This document shows positions 55,794-64,000 of a stretch of 64,000 bases of DNA, piece after piece. The stretch is from a virus. The notes below the pieces were generated by a model. That model did not search any database. It was not told where the DNA came from and was given only the letters and a program-made list of their open reading frames with translations. The translations under genes were made by a program, and so were the position numbers. Numbering within the stretch: the first letter of the stretch is position 1; each line of letters opens with the position of its first letter. The stretch is taken from the IMG/VR virus record IMGVR_UViG_3300027754_000044, one strand, 5' to 3'.

Positions 55794-56176
55794 TAGTAGA
55801 TACTCCCGCCAGTTACTGCGCTGCGTTTGTGTAATTTGATAATCATCGTTGAAGGACCCGCGCCAGTTTTTGTAACAACCACGTTTGCGCTTGGTTCACC
55901 ACCTTGAGTGTCGATAAGCATTCCATCGTTGAGGGCCCAGTTATCCCCGCCGGATAGAACTGCAACAGTGTTTGCGCCACGTTTGATTGTGTAGAATGCA
56001 CCATTGGATATAGAGAATTTTATATCAACAATATTCATTGTTTGAACAGTTTCGCCAGGTCCGTTTGCACCTAAACCTGCGCCTGAATTATTTAGATAAA
56101 ATGCTCCACCAGATCCTACATTGATGGTAACATAACCATTCTTGATGCTCTTATTTGTAATTGTATTCTGTGCCAT
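55793..56176 (-). CDS. Putative virion structural protein
   Basis: Beta-rich Gly/Asn/Thr ORF inside the head operon. Confidence 0.6.
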   Translation of the reverse strand: MAQNTITNKSIKNGYVTINVGSGGAFYLNNSGAGLGANGPGETVQTMNIVDIKFSISNGAFYTIKRGANTVAVLSGGDNWALNDGMLIDTQGGEPSANVVVTKTGAGPSTMIIKLHKRSAVTGGSIY

Positions 56177-56177
56177 A

Positions 56178-57191
56178 TTATACCGCCTTCGCTGACTTGT
56201 CTACGAAATGCAGGACTTTCATGAATCCAACAACGTCTGAATTCATTTTTATTTTCATTTGTTTTGCATTTTCTGGACTGAGTTTATTATAAGCAGCAAC
56301 AATTTTTCCAGCAGACTGTGAATTTACTAAACCAGTTTCGCCGTTTTTGAATTTTAGATTTCCTGATTTATTCGATGAAGCAAGAGCTTTTAAACTTGAA
56401 AAAACATCTTCATTCATTTCGATCTGATCAACTTCTTCTGCCACACCTTGCTTTTTGTTTGCTAACTTATCTAACTTGTCACTTTGTTTTTTAAACTTTT
56501 CTGATTTGATCACACGATCCCGAGCAATCTTTGTCTGATCAAGAGATCCTTTTTCATCGCCGTCTATGTCACGGAGCGAGCGGGCTTTAGAACGTGAACG
56601 ACCAGCAAGACGACGATAGTTAGCACTACGAATTTTTAAAATCTCTGCTGGCGAAAAAAAGCCTTCCGCCACATCTTCTTCTTTAAGTGTCGAAAGGTGT
56701 TTATCCAAACTAGAAAAATTATCTTCACTATCACCTGTTTTATTAGTTCCTTTATGATGCCATTCGCCATAACGATTAATAGAGATTTTACCTTTAGTAG
56801 GATGTTCCATTCCAGCACCATAGGCTGTAGTCGTATATTTCATGCCGTGTTTTTTAGCAATAGAATCTAGACTCTCATCAATCTGTTCTTCTTCTTTAAC
56901 TTGAAAAAGTTTTGTAGGACCAGGTTGACTAGAGTTACCTTGACGGACTGGTTGCTTTTCACCATCCGCGCGATGAGTTGCTGGCTTCATATTTGGAGAA
57001 AAATGATCATTGTCTTTTAATTTATTGGCTTTGATCTGGACATCCAATCCATGAGCGTCTCTGAAATCCTGCTCGCCTTTAATTCTGGACGTGCCAAAAA
57101 GATCAGACTCTTTATCTTTTGTAGTGGTTTGTGCTTTGGCTGCTTTGTCTTTCGCAGCTTCACGAAGCTCACTAAATTTTCTAATTTTCAT
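56178..57191 (-). CDS. Prohead core protein (gp68-like position) with inserted modules
   Basis: MKIRKFSELRE; EEQIDE, EEDVAE and KKQGVAE linkers; between gp67 and gp21. Confidence 0.6.
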   Translation of the reverse strand: MKIRKFSELREAAKDKAAKAQTTTKDKESDLFGTSRIKGEQDFRDAHGLDVQIKANKLKDNDHFSPNMKPATHRADGEKQPVRQGNSSQPGPTKLFQVKEEEQIDESLDSIAKKHGMKYTTTAYGAGMEHPTKGKISINRYGEWHHKGTNKTGDSEDNFSSLDKHLSTLKEEDVAEGFFSPAEILKIRSANYRRLAGRSRSKARSLRDIDGDEKGSLDQTKIARDRVIKSEKFKKQSDKLDKLANKKQGVAEEVDQIEMNEDVFSSLKALASSNKSGNLKFKNGETGLVNSQSAGKIVAAYNKLSPENAKQMKIKMNSDVVGFMKVLHFVDKSAKAV

Positions 57192-57363
57192 CAGACGGCT
57201 CTTCCTCTGTTGATGTTCCGAATAACTTTGAAGCGACCTGTGATCTTTCCATATCAATCCTGTCGCTCAATCTAGCCAATAATTCGCTAGAGATCGCGTC
57301 TTTAAATTCATTTGGATGCTCATTCGAAAGAGCATCGATTGCAGTTGCGATATTATCACTCAT
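57181..57363 (-). CDS. gp67: Prohead core protein (gp67-like)
   Basis: Small acidic protein in the gp67 position; GGAG SD. Confidence 0.6.
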   Translation of the reverse strand: MSDNIATAIDALSNEHPNEFKDAISSELLARLSDRIDMERSQVASKLFGTSTEEEPSDEN

Positions 57364-57389
57364 ATGAATATTCTCCAGTTATGTTTATC

Positions 57390-57397
57390 TATTTATA
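57390..57397 (-). promoter_or_regulatory. T4-type late promoter for the prohead operon
   Basis: TATAAATA. Confidence 0.75.
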
Positions 57398-57407
57398 AAA
57401 AATGATT

Positions 57408-57707
57408 CTATAAGGCGATCGAATCTTTTGGAAGATATCCATTTTCTACTAGATGTGGAACAATTGTTCCACACGCTTCGCTTTGTTTGGCTCTCATGAA
57501 ATTTATAAAATCTATAACACACTTTTCTGAACTGTCAATTTTTTTAAAATATTCTTCTCCATATTTTTGAATTATTTTTTGAGACCATATTGGTTTAAAG
57601 TAGAATAGTATTTCATCTTCGGACCAAGTCATATATGTTTCAGAAACACAATTTTTAGCTGGTCCGGTATTAAATTCTTTTTTATCAAGAAATGTATAGT
57701 ATCTCAA
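57408..57707 (-). CDS. Hypothetical protein
   Basis: GGAGG SD, TTG start, 99 aa. Confidence 0.55.
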   Translation of the reverse strand: MRYYTFLDKKEFNTGPAKNCVSETYMTWSEDEILFYFKPIWSQKIIQKYGEEYFKKIDSSEKCVIDFINFMRAKQSEACGTIVPHLVENGYLPKDSIAL

Positions 57708-57718
57708 AATTCCTCCAA

Positions 57719-59248
57719 TTATGGCGAAAAGAAATGTAGAAAATTTAAGGTGGCGGCAGTTACAGTAACCTGATAGATCAATATGATAGCACCAACACCA
57801 CCTTTTCCTCCAGCCTTGATGTGTCCAGTACTGGCGCCGATAATTGGTCCTATTGGATGCGGATTGGGGGCCACGCGGGACGCGCCGCGCGAGGCCGCGC
57901 CGGCACCGCCACCACCTCCGCCAAAATCACCACCAGCACCACCATTACCGTTCATTAAAACGTATGGATAATAAATATCAGAATATCCTGCAGGTACTGC
58001 AGGACTATTTTGCCCAGTGCCTGTATATAACGTTGACACCGCTGAACCACCACCACCACCACCACCGCCAGCACCACCACCTAAAGAATTTGGTGGATTA
58101 TAAGGTGAAGTATATATTCCAAGTCTAGTTTGATCTGTCCCAACCATACTAGTTAATGCAAAAGAACCTCTAAACTCATCATAACCTGATCCACCTGGTG
58201 CTCCATTTCTTGCTGGATATGGGCTGGAAGTGTAATTACTTAGAGCTGATGGCCATCCTGGCGCGCCAAACCCTGGACTATAATTTTGAAGCGAAAAATT
58301 ATTTACATATCCACCACCATCACCTCCAAAGCCGCCTCCTTGAGTAGATTGAGTTGGACTTAAATTGGTTGAATTATACCCATAACCATCATATGGTGTT
58401 GCAGTTCCATCTGCTCCAGCGCCGCCTTGGGTAAGCGCCGGAGCAGCAAACTGTTTTAAAATTCCAGCACTTTTTACACCGCCACCTGGAGTTCCACACC
58501 AGCGGTAATACATTGCGGCATTTGGAAAAGTTGCTGATACTACTTGATTAGCTCCGGCGTAGCCTACACCATATTGACTTCCGCATGCACCTCCACCCGA
58601 TCCACCGGTGTTTTTGCCATCCTGATGTAAATAGGATTTGTATGTTAGACCACCAGCGCCTCCAGCAGAACTTAAATAATTGGTACCACTTGCTCCGTAT
58701 GCTGCAGAGAGAGCTCCTCCAGTACCACCTGGGTTGAGTGTGTTGGTCCCAGATGATGTAGTAGTGCTTTGGCCACCACCGCCACCCGTGATAGAGATAC
58801 CATATCCTCCCCCGACGGTAGGTAAATAATTTTGCGAATTTACAGTATTGATCCACGTTGTTCCGCCAGCAGTTCCGTGTGCAGTTTGTCCAGCGCTCGG
58901 CGAGGTACTAGTATATGTGCCTGGGCTGCCTGGTCCGCCAGCACCAATACCATAATAAACTGTCGAGCTAGCTGTGTATCCTGACGGATATGTGCTTGGT
59001 AAAATAGTAGCCCATGCGCCGCCGCCGCCACCAGCACCACCACCACTGCCAGGTTGAAATGATGAAGAATAGTTCGTTCCTCCCCCACCACCACCACCGC
59101 TATATAAAAATACTTGAGCTTTATCTCTAAAAGGGACCGTTAGGGCATATGGTGCGCCTGGAAGATTTACACCTAATGGACCATTCGCCCAATCTGAAGG
59201 CCAAGTTGTTGAAGTTCCACTTTGAATCAAAACACATTTAATAGCCAT
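57719..59248 (-). CDS. Glycine-rich fibre-tip adhesin (polyglycine, gp38-like architecture)
   Basis: Many GGGG runs separated by variable loops; GGKGGVGAIILIY near the C terminus; downstream of fibre genes. Confidence 0.7.
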   Translation of the reverse strand: MAIKCVLIQSGTSTTWPSDWANGPLGVNLPGAPYALTVPFRDKAQVFLYSGGGGGGGTNYSSSFQPGSGGGAGGGGGAWATILPSTYPSGYTASSTVYYGIGAGGPGSPGTYTSTSPSAGQTAHGTAGGTTWINTVNSQNYLPTVGGGYGISITGGGGGQSTTTSSGTNTLNPGGTGGALSAAYGASGTNYLSSAGGAGGLTYKSYLHQDGKNTGGSGGGACGSQYGVGYAGANQVVSATFPNAAMYYRWCGTPGGGVKSAGILKQFAAPALTQGGAGADGTATPYDGYGYNSTNLSPTQSTQGGGFGGDGGGYVNNFSLQNYSPGFGAPGWPSALSNYTSSPYPARNGAPGGSGYDEFRGSFALTSMVGTDQTRLGIYTSPYNPPNSLGGGAGGGGGGGGSAVSTLYTGTGQNSPAVPAGYSDIYYPYVLMNGNGGAGGDFGGGGGGAGAASRGASRVAPNPHPIGPIIGASTGHIKAGGKGGVGAIILIYQVTVTAATLNFLHFFSP

Positions 59249-59511
59249 TATGATCCTTCATTTGGATCATCATCAGGAATTATCTGTGGATTTGGATCAG
59301 TCCATGATTGCGAAATTGGATCATATATCCAACCAAGATCAAAATATCCAACAGAACGTCTTACTTCATCATCATTAAAATACGATGTCAAATCGATAAG
59401 ATATTTTCCAATAGAAGTTTCTGCCGTATCAATATCAGCGAGAATAAAATTCTCAATAATATTAGTTTGGATGTCAATCACTCCACATGTTTTTCTATTA
59501 TCTATATTCAT
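59248..59511 (-). CDS. Small fibre-associated protein (assembly chaperone-like)
   Basis: IIENFILAD ... GWIYDP..WTDP; between fibre and adhesin. Confidence 0.5.
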   Translation of the reverse strand: MNIDNRKTCGVIDIQTNIIENFILADIDTAETSIGKYLIDLTSYFNDDEVRRSVGYFDLGWIYDPISQSWTDPNPQIIPDDDPNEGS

Positions 59512-59529
59512 AATTAATTTTTTCTAAAT

Positions 59530-60927
59530 TTATGCCTGCGTTCCAGCAGCAATAACATCCCATCGGGTGTTGTTTGAATTATATACACACCCTATATAGC
59601 TTGTTTTGCTTGCAGTTGTTGTTGTTGGTAATGTTACTCCCATAACAGTATATGTAGCGTTCCATGTTAAAGCTCTTGCAGTTCCATTGTCTAATAATCT
59701 AAACATCAATCTTTGTCCGTCTACAGGAGTTCCGGTTGGCGCGGCAATTGTGGTTGCTTGAGTAAGACCAGTTGCTGCATACATATCATACGAATCTGAA
59801 TTTGGAGTAAGCGTGCCACTATAATCCGCTGCAGAATTAACCCTAGAATTAAACCGCGTATTGATGATTGTTCCGAGGGATGAGTTTCCAGAAACGGTCA
59901 AGTTGGTAGATATTGTAGCACGACCAGTATGAGCTAGAAGACCTGAAGTTGTAGGATTAGATTTAGTTACATATATAGAAACAGCATTTGCAACAGACAA
60001 TTTAGCAGTATCTAACGCTCGAATAGCAGTGTTGGTAGATGTTAGACCAGTTTTAACATTAATGATTGCAAGATTAGTATTAGCAAGTGCTGCTCGTTCA
60101 ACAGCTTTCGTTTGAAATGTAGAAACAGCATTGGCGACTTGTAATCTATCGGATACAAGAGTTCTAATAGATGTGTTGGTTGTTGTTAAACCAGTTTTAA
60201 CATTAGTGATTGCTAAATTTGTATTGGCTAGTGCTGCTCGTTCAACAGCTTTCGTTTGAAATGTAGAAACAGCATTAGCGACTTGTAATCTATCAGAAAC
60301 TAATAATCTGATGGCAGTATTTGTAGTTGTTAAACCAGTTTTAACATTAGTGATTGCTAAATTTGTATTGGCTAGTGCTGCTCGTTCAACAGCTTTCGTT
60401 TGATAAATTGCAACAGCGTTCGCCACCTGCAAATATTGGGTAGTAGAACCACCACCACCTCCAACAGCATCCCAATAAACTGTTGTTCCATTAGTTTTTA
60501 ATGCATAGCCAGCGGTTCCAAGCGAACCATTAGCTACGAGTTTTCCGATAACATTATTACCAGAAACGGTCAAGTTGGTAGATATTGTAGCACGACCAGT
60601 GTGTGCTAAAACTCCAGAAGTAGTTGGCGATATTTGAGTTGCGTATATTGAAGCTGCATTCGCAACTTGTAATCTATCGGAAACTAATAATCTGATAGCT
60701 GTGTTTGTAGAAGTAAGTGCAGCCCACGTGGCACCGCCTGCGCTAATAAGAGCAGTTGCGTTTGCGACTTGAAGATAATCTGATGTAAAACTGAAAACAG
60801 AGGTACCATTCGAGGAATATATTTTCCTGTCTTTGGTATTAATTGCGAGTTCGCCTGTGGCGATGTCAGATGTAGTCGGAACTTTACTAGGTACAGAGCT
60901 GCGCTTAATCTTTATGGTTGAAGCCAT
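59530..60927 (-). CDS. Tail fibre protein with an Mtd_N-like N terminus and 48-aa repeats
   Basis: IKIKRSS..KVP...GELAIN..D.KIY; ANTN-rich repeats. Confidence 0.75.
   Translation of the reverse strand: MASTIKIKRSSVPSKVPTTSDIATGELAINTKDRKIYSSNGTSVFSFTSDYLQVANATALISAGGATWAALTSTNTAIRLLVSDRLQVANAASIYATQISPTTSGVLAHTGRATISTNLTVSGNNVIGKLVANGSLGTAGYALKTNGTTVYWDAVGGGGGSTTQYLQVANAVAIYQTKAVERAALANTNLAITNVKTGLTTTNTAIRLLVSDRLQVANAVSTFQTKAVERAALANTNLAITNVKTGLTTTNTSIRTLVSDRLQVANAVSTFQTKAVERAALANTNLAIINVKTGLTSTNTAIRALDTAKLSVANAVSIYVTKSNPTTSGLLAHTGRATISTNLTVSGNSSLGTIINTRFNSRVNSAADYSGTLTPNSDSYDMYAATGLTQATTIAAPTGTPVDGQRLMFRLLDNGTARALTWNATYTVMGVTLPTTTTASKTSYIGCVYNSNNTRWDVIAAGTQA
60000..60435. repeat. About three tandem 144-bp repeats in the fibre gene
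   Basis: AGTGCTGCTCGTTCAACAGCTTTCGTTTGA at 60086, 60230 and 60374. Confidence 0.9.
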
Positions 60928-60939
60928 AATATCATTTTT

Positions 60940-61014
60940 TCCTATGTAGGAGTTTAGAGAAAAGTCTTTCGACCTCTCCAAATGTTCTGGGAGAAGCCTT
61001 TCGGTCTCCCAGAA
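60940..61014 (-). promoter_or_regulatory. Structured 5' leader: two GAAA-tetraloop hairpins plus an SD-covering hairpin
   Basis: TTCTGGGAGACC-GAAA-GGCTTCTCCCAGAA; TTTGGAGAGGTC-GAAA-GACTTTTCTCTAAA; TCCTACATAGGA. Confidence 0.55.
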
Positions 61015-61037
61015 TTATTCAGATACTAACTTATTTA

Positions 61038-62405
61038 TTAATAAGATCCACCATCTATTACTGCATCAAGTTGCGCCATTGTGTATGATGAAAAGTCGAT
61101 CGTTTGATTTGGCTCGGTAGTTAAACCCGTGAACAATTTATAAACACCATCAGTAGCGTCACGAATCAAACCAGTATACTTCGCACCACTGCTTACATAT
61201 TTTTGATAGATACCCAGATCAATCGTGTCGGCAACGTTGTTATTGGCAACCTTGATCATATTATCGCCAAGCGATATGGTTGTGGAATCAATATACGTTA
61301 ATGTTCCAGCAACTGTAAGGTTTCCGTTGATGCTTGTGTTTCCAGATACCGACAGATTGGTTCCAACAGTAAGACGACCAGCCGCAGCTACAAGACCAGA
61401 TGCGCTAATGGTTCCAGCTGCTAGTGTTGCAATCGTACCTAACGATGTTAGAGAAGAAGAAGTTACGCCAGAAGCAAGAGAAGAACCACTAAGAGTTCCT
61501 GCGGGAGCAACGACGGCAGATGTAGTAACCGCTGTTACTAATCCTTTTGCATTTACAGTAATAACTGGTATTGCAGTTGTTCCACCAAATGCTCCGACAT
61601 TAGAATTAACAGTAGCAAGAGTTGTAGCTGCGCCTACACTGGTAATATCACCTGTAAGGTTCTGTTGTGTTCCAGTTCCCCAATATACTGTTGAACCATT
61701 TGATTTTAACACCTCGCCAGAATTTCCAATGGTGCCATTGGCTACGAGTTTTCCAATTACAGTATTACCAGAAATTGTTAAGTTTGTAGAAATTGTAGCA
61801 CGACCAGTGTGTGCTAAAACTCCAGTCGTTGATATTGTCTTACCTGCAGCGCCTAAAGTTGTATTTCCAGATACATCTAAATTGGTCGAAATCGTAGCAC
61901 GACCAGTATGAGCTAGAAGACCTGAAGTTGTAGGGTCTGCTGACGATGCTTTTGTAGCAATATAGGTATTTGTATTCGCAAGCGCACTATTGAACGTAGT
62001 CGTGTTGACTTTTGTTGCGATAAAAGAATTAGTATTCGCTAATTGTGCTTTGATAAATGCGTTAGTATTCGCTAAAGCTAACCGTTCTATTGCTATGGTC
62101 TGATACGTCGTTGCAGCTGTGGTTGTCGCTAACTTCGTAGCAATATATGTGTTAGTATTCGCAAGAGCACTATTGAACGTAGTCGTGTTGACTTTCGTCG
62201 CAATATACGAATTAGTGTTGGCTAATTGCGCTTTGATAAATGCATTAGTATTCGCTAGAGAGTGTTCGCCCAATGCAAAAACTGTAGAACCTGTAGAGGA
62301 ATAAAGTTTTTTATCTACTAAGTTAATTGCCAACTCACCCGCTTGCAGCGACGCAGGTACTGAAGAACCAGTGCTACTGCGTTTAATTAGAATCGACGAT
62401 GCCAT
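61038..62405 (-). CDS. Tail fibre protein with an Mtd_N-like N terminus and ANTN repeats
   Basis: ILIKRSS...VP.SLQAGELAINLVDKKLY; ends IDGGSY. Confidence 0.75.
   Translation of the reverse strand: MASSILIKRSSTGSSVPASLQAGELAINLVDKKLYSSTGSTVFALGEHSLANTNAFIKAQLANTNSYIATKVNTTTFNSALANTNTYIATKLATTTAATTYQTIAIERLALANTNAFIKAQLANTNSFIATKVNTTTFNSALANTNTYIATKASSADPTTSGLLAHTGRATISTNLDVSGNTTLGAAGKTISTTGVLAHTGRATISTNLTISGNTVIGKLVANGTIGNSGEVLKSNGSTVYWGTGTQQNLTGDITSVGAATTLATVNSNVGAFGGTTAIPVITVNAKGLVTAVTTSAVVAPAGTLSGSSLASGVTSSSLTSLGTIATLAAGTISASGLVAAAGRLTVGTNLSVSGNTSINGNLTVAGTLTYIDSTTISLGDNMIKVANNNVADTIDLGIYQKYVSSGAKYTGLIRDATDGVYKLFTGLTTEPNQTIDFSSYTMAQLDAVIDGGSY
61954..62258. repeat. Two direct repeats of about 120 bp (183-bp period) in the fibre gene
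   Basis: LANTNAFIKAQLANTNS.IATKVNTTTFNSALANTNTYIATK occurs twice. Confidence 0.85.
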
Positions 62406-62438
62406 AATTTACCCCCTATTGGTTTGATTTCTAAATAC

Positions 62439-62446
62439 TATTTATA
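62439..62446 (-). promoter_or_regulatory. T4-type late promoter
   Basis: TATAAATA. Confidence 0.7.
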
Positions 62447-62792
62447 ACTGATCAGTTTTTGGTTTTAAAATAATACGCTCTTTATTAACTATTTTTCCTT
62501 CAGAACCACTAAATCCTTGTCGCACAACAGGTATGGGTGTTTCTAAAGTAGTGAAATTTTCAATCTTTTTAATTTCTACAACTCTTGTATTAGAAACATT
62601 AGTTAAATTTATAACTGATGGTCTTAATACTTTAGTATCGTTCTCTGCTAAAATATATCCTCTAGAATTCAATAATTCTTTCTCTAACAAAGTATTTCTT
62701 GTTTGTAAAAGAAGAACTGCTTGTGTTAGATCATTTATTTTTCGCTGTTGTTGAGACATATACTCTTCCAGCGCTTCTGTTTCTTTACTCAT
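62442..62792 (-). CDS. Hypothetical protein with an N-terminal coiled coil
   Basis: 116-aa ORF whose start overlaps the upstream stop. Confidence 0.55.
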   Translation of the reverse strand: MSKETEALEEYMSQQQRKINDLTQAVLLLQTRNTLLEKELLNSRGYILAENDTKVLRPSVINLTNVSNTRVVEIKKIENFTTLETPIPVVRQGFSGSEGKIVNKERIILKPKTDQL

Positions 62793-64000
62793 TAAAATGA
62801 TCCGCCATCTAATTTATCAAATTTAGGAACACCACCTGCACCAATTTGTAATATCTCGCCACCACTTCCTGTTAGATATCCAAGAATAGAACTATTAGCT
62901 CCAAATAAAATACCATTAGTTGTTACTGAACTTAATCCAGTTCCACCATATGCTGTTGATAATACGTTGCTAAGAATAAGTCTAGATAATGATGTATTAC
63001 CATATACTGTTAAATTATTAGTTATTGTTACATTGCCAAAGTTTCCAGTTCCGGATGGACCTAAAGTCACAAATACCACATTAGCTACATTTGCACCTGG
63101 TGCTGGTGCTGGTGCAGTCGCAATACCACCAGTGGCAGTTGATTTTATTAATGTCTCGCCAAGCTGAATGGTATTTCCAGATAACCAAAGATCTTTAAAT
63201 CTTCTCCCATAACTTCCTATACTATAGACATTATTAGCTTCGGGTATTATGTCTCTAGTTGTTATAGTCTGTATAAACGCATTTGCGGTGCTGTTTCCGC
63301 CGCTTGAAGTATTCGCTTGCCATTTTTTAAGAGTAGAATTGTATACTAAAACCTGACCATTCGTTGCAGAATTAACACTGTTAATATCTATATCATCTAG
63401 ATATTTTAAATTTACTTCGCCAGAACCTGGAGAACGGCCAGTCGCTGCGCCATATGCAATTCTAGATATTTTTGTTTCAACAGTATTTGTTAATTGCTCG
63501 AATTTTTTTTCTAAAGGAGCTATGTTCGCGTCAGAGCCTGGATCGCCTTTATCGCCTTTTTTTCCACGAGCACCATCAGTGCCATCTTTTCCATCAACGC
63601 CATCTCTGCCGTCTTTTCCATCAAGTCCAGGATTGCCATCTTTTCCATCAATTCCATCTCTGCCATCAGCACCGTCTTTTCCATCAATACCGTCAATTCC
63701 GTCGACACCGTCAATTCCATTCTTTCCATCGGCGCCGACTGTTCCATCAACACCGTCAATTCCATCAACGCCATCAACACCGTCTTTTCCAGAAACACCT
63801 TTTTCACCGCGGGGTCCTATTTTTCCCTGCAGACCTGGATCGCCCTTTTCGCCTTGTAGGCCTACATCTCCTCGTTCACCTTGAATTCCTTGTTTGCCTT
63901 CATTGCCTGTAATTCCCTGTAAACCTTGATCGCCTTTTTGTCCAATAAAGCCGCGCTCTCCGCGAAGACCTATAGGTCCGCGGTCACCTTCTACTAATTC
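62792..64000 (-). CDS. Collagen-like (Gly-X-Y) fibre protein; 5' end lies outside the window
   Basis: Frame is open from 64000 to the stop at 62792; long GXY run (GERGDVG, GKDGRDG), then GSGEVNLKYLDDID, ending LDGGSF. The track ORF 62792-63079 is only its tail. Confidence 0.85.
   Translation of the reverse strand, partial: ELVEGDRGPIGLRGERGFIGQKGDQGLQGITGNEGKQGIQGERGDVGLQGEKGDPGLQGKIGPRGEKGVSGKDGVDGVDGIDGVDGTVGADGKNGIDGVDGIDGIDGKDGADGRDGIDGKDGNPGLDGKDGRDGVDGKDGTDGARGKKGDKGDPGSDANIAPLEKKFEQLTNTVETKISRIAYGAATGRSPGSGEVNLKYLDDIDINSVNSATNGQVLVYNSTLKKWQANTSSGGNSTANAFIQTITTRDIIPEANNVYSIGSYGRRFKDLWLSGNTIQLGETLIKSTATGGIATAPAPAPGANVANVVFVTLGPSGTGNFGNVTITNNLTVYGNTSLSRLILSNVLSTAYGGTGLSSVTTNGILFGANSSILGYLTGSGGEILQIGAGGVPKFDKLDGGSF

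Noticed and set aside
61225-61911. 228-aa plus-strand ORF and other long antisense ORFs (e.g. 17894-18301, 63472-63912, 63522-63884)
   Set aside because: Antisense mirrors of repetitive Thr/Ala/Gly- or collagen-coding genes, with no independent protein motifs
60000-62258. Repeats as a possible CRISPR array or DGR template/variable pair
   Set aside because: In-frame coding repeats with mostly synonymous differences; no unique spacers, no adenine-specific mismatch pattern and no reverse transcriptase in the window
1-64000. Apparent abundance of TCTAGA and GATC as a hint to the modified target site
   Set aside because: Only a visual impression; it needs observed/expected k-mer counts that I cannot run

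Overview
64 kb of a large, AT-rich, T4-like myovirus genome (T4-superfamily core genes with cyanophage/freshwater-type accessory genes). The TorF-like porin, CmoA and ROSE-type Hsp20 leader suggest a proteobacterial host. Almost everything is on the minus strand. From right to left: collagen/fibre/adhesin genes; prohead module (gp67, gp68, gp21, gp22, gp23); gp3, uvsY, uvsW, gp55, gp47, gp46; an accessory block (2OG-Fe(II) oxygenase, peptide deformylase, C5 DNA methyltransferase homologue, CmoA homologue); CobT/CobS; gp45, gp44, gp62, regA; Hsp20; GH19 endolysin; gp43; an asparagine-synthetase-like ATPase; uvsX and gp41; putative head-packaged internal proteins and spanins; primase, thyX, nrdA, nrdB; a glycosyltransferase cluster; a TorF-like porin; and a tRNA array. 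The strongest candidate for a special system is the coupled C5-MTase + CmoA pair. Its MTase motif X reads G-R-M-V instead of G-N-x-V, the type of change known to switch such enzymes to carboxy-SAM, so it predicts 5-carboxymethylcytosine DNA modification, possibly amidated further by the stand-alone Asn-synthetase-like enzyme. Also notable: three related long-stem ncRNAs and two aberrant tRNA-like RNAs in the tRNA array, modular capsid-targeted polyproteins, a hidden embedded spanin, and several structured leaders. All protein calls come from motif recognition, not database searches.
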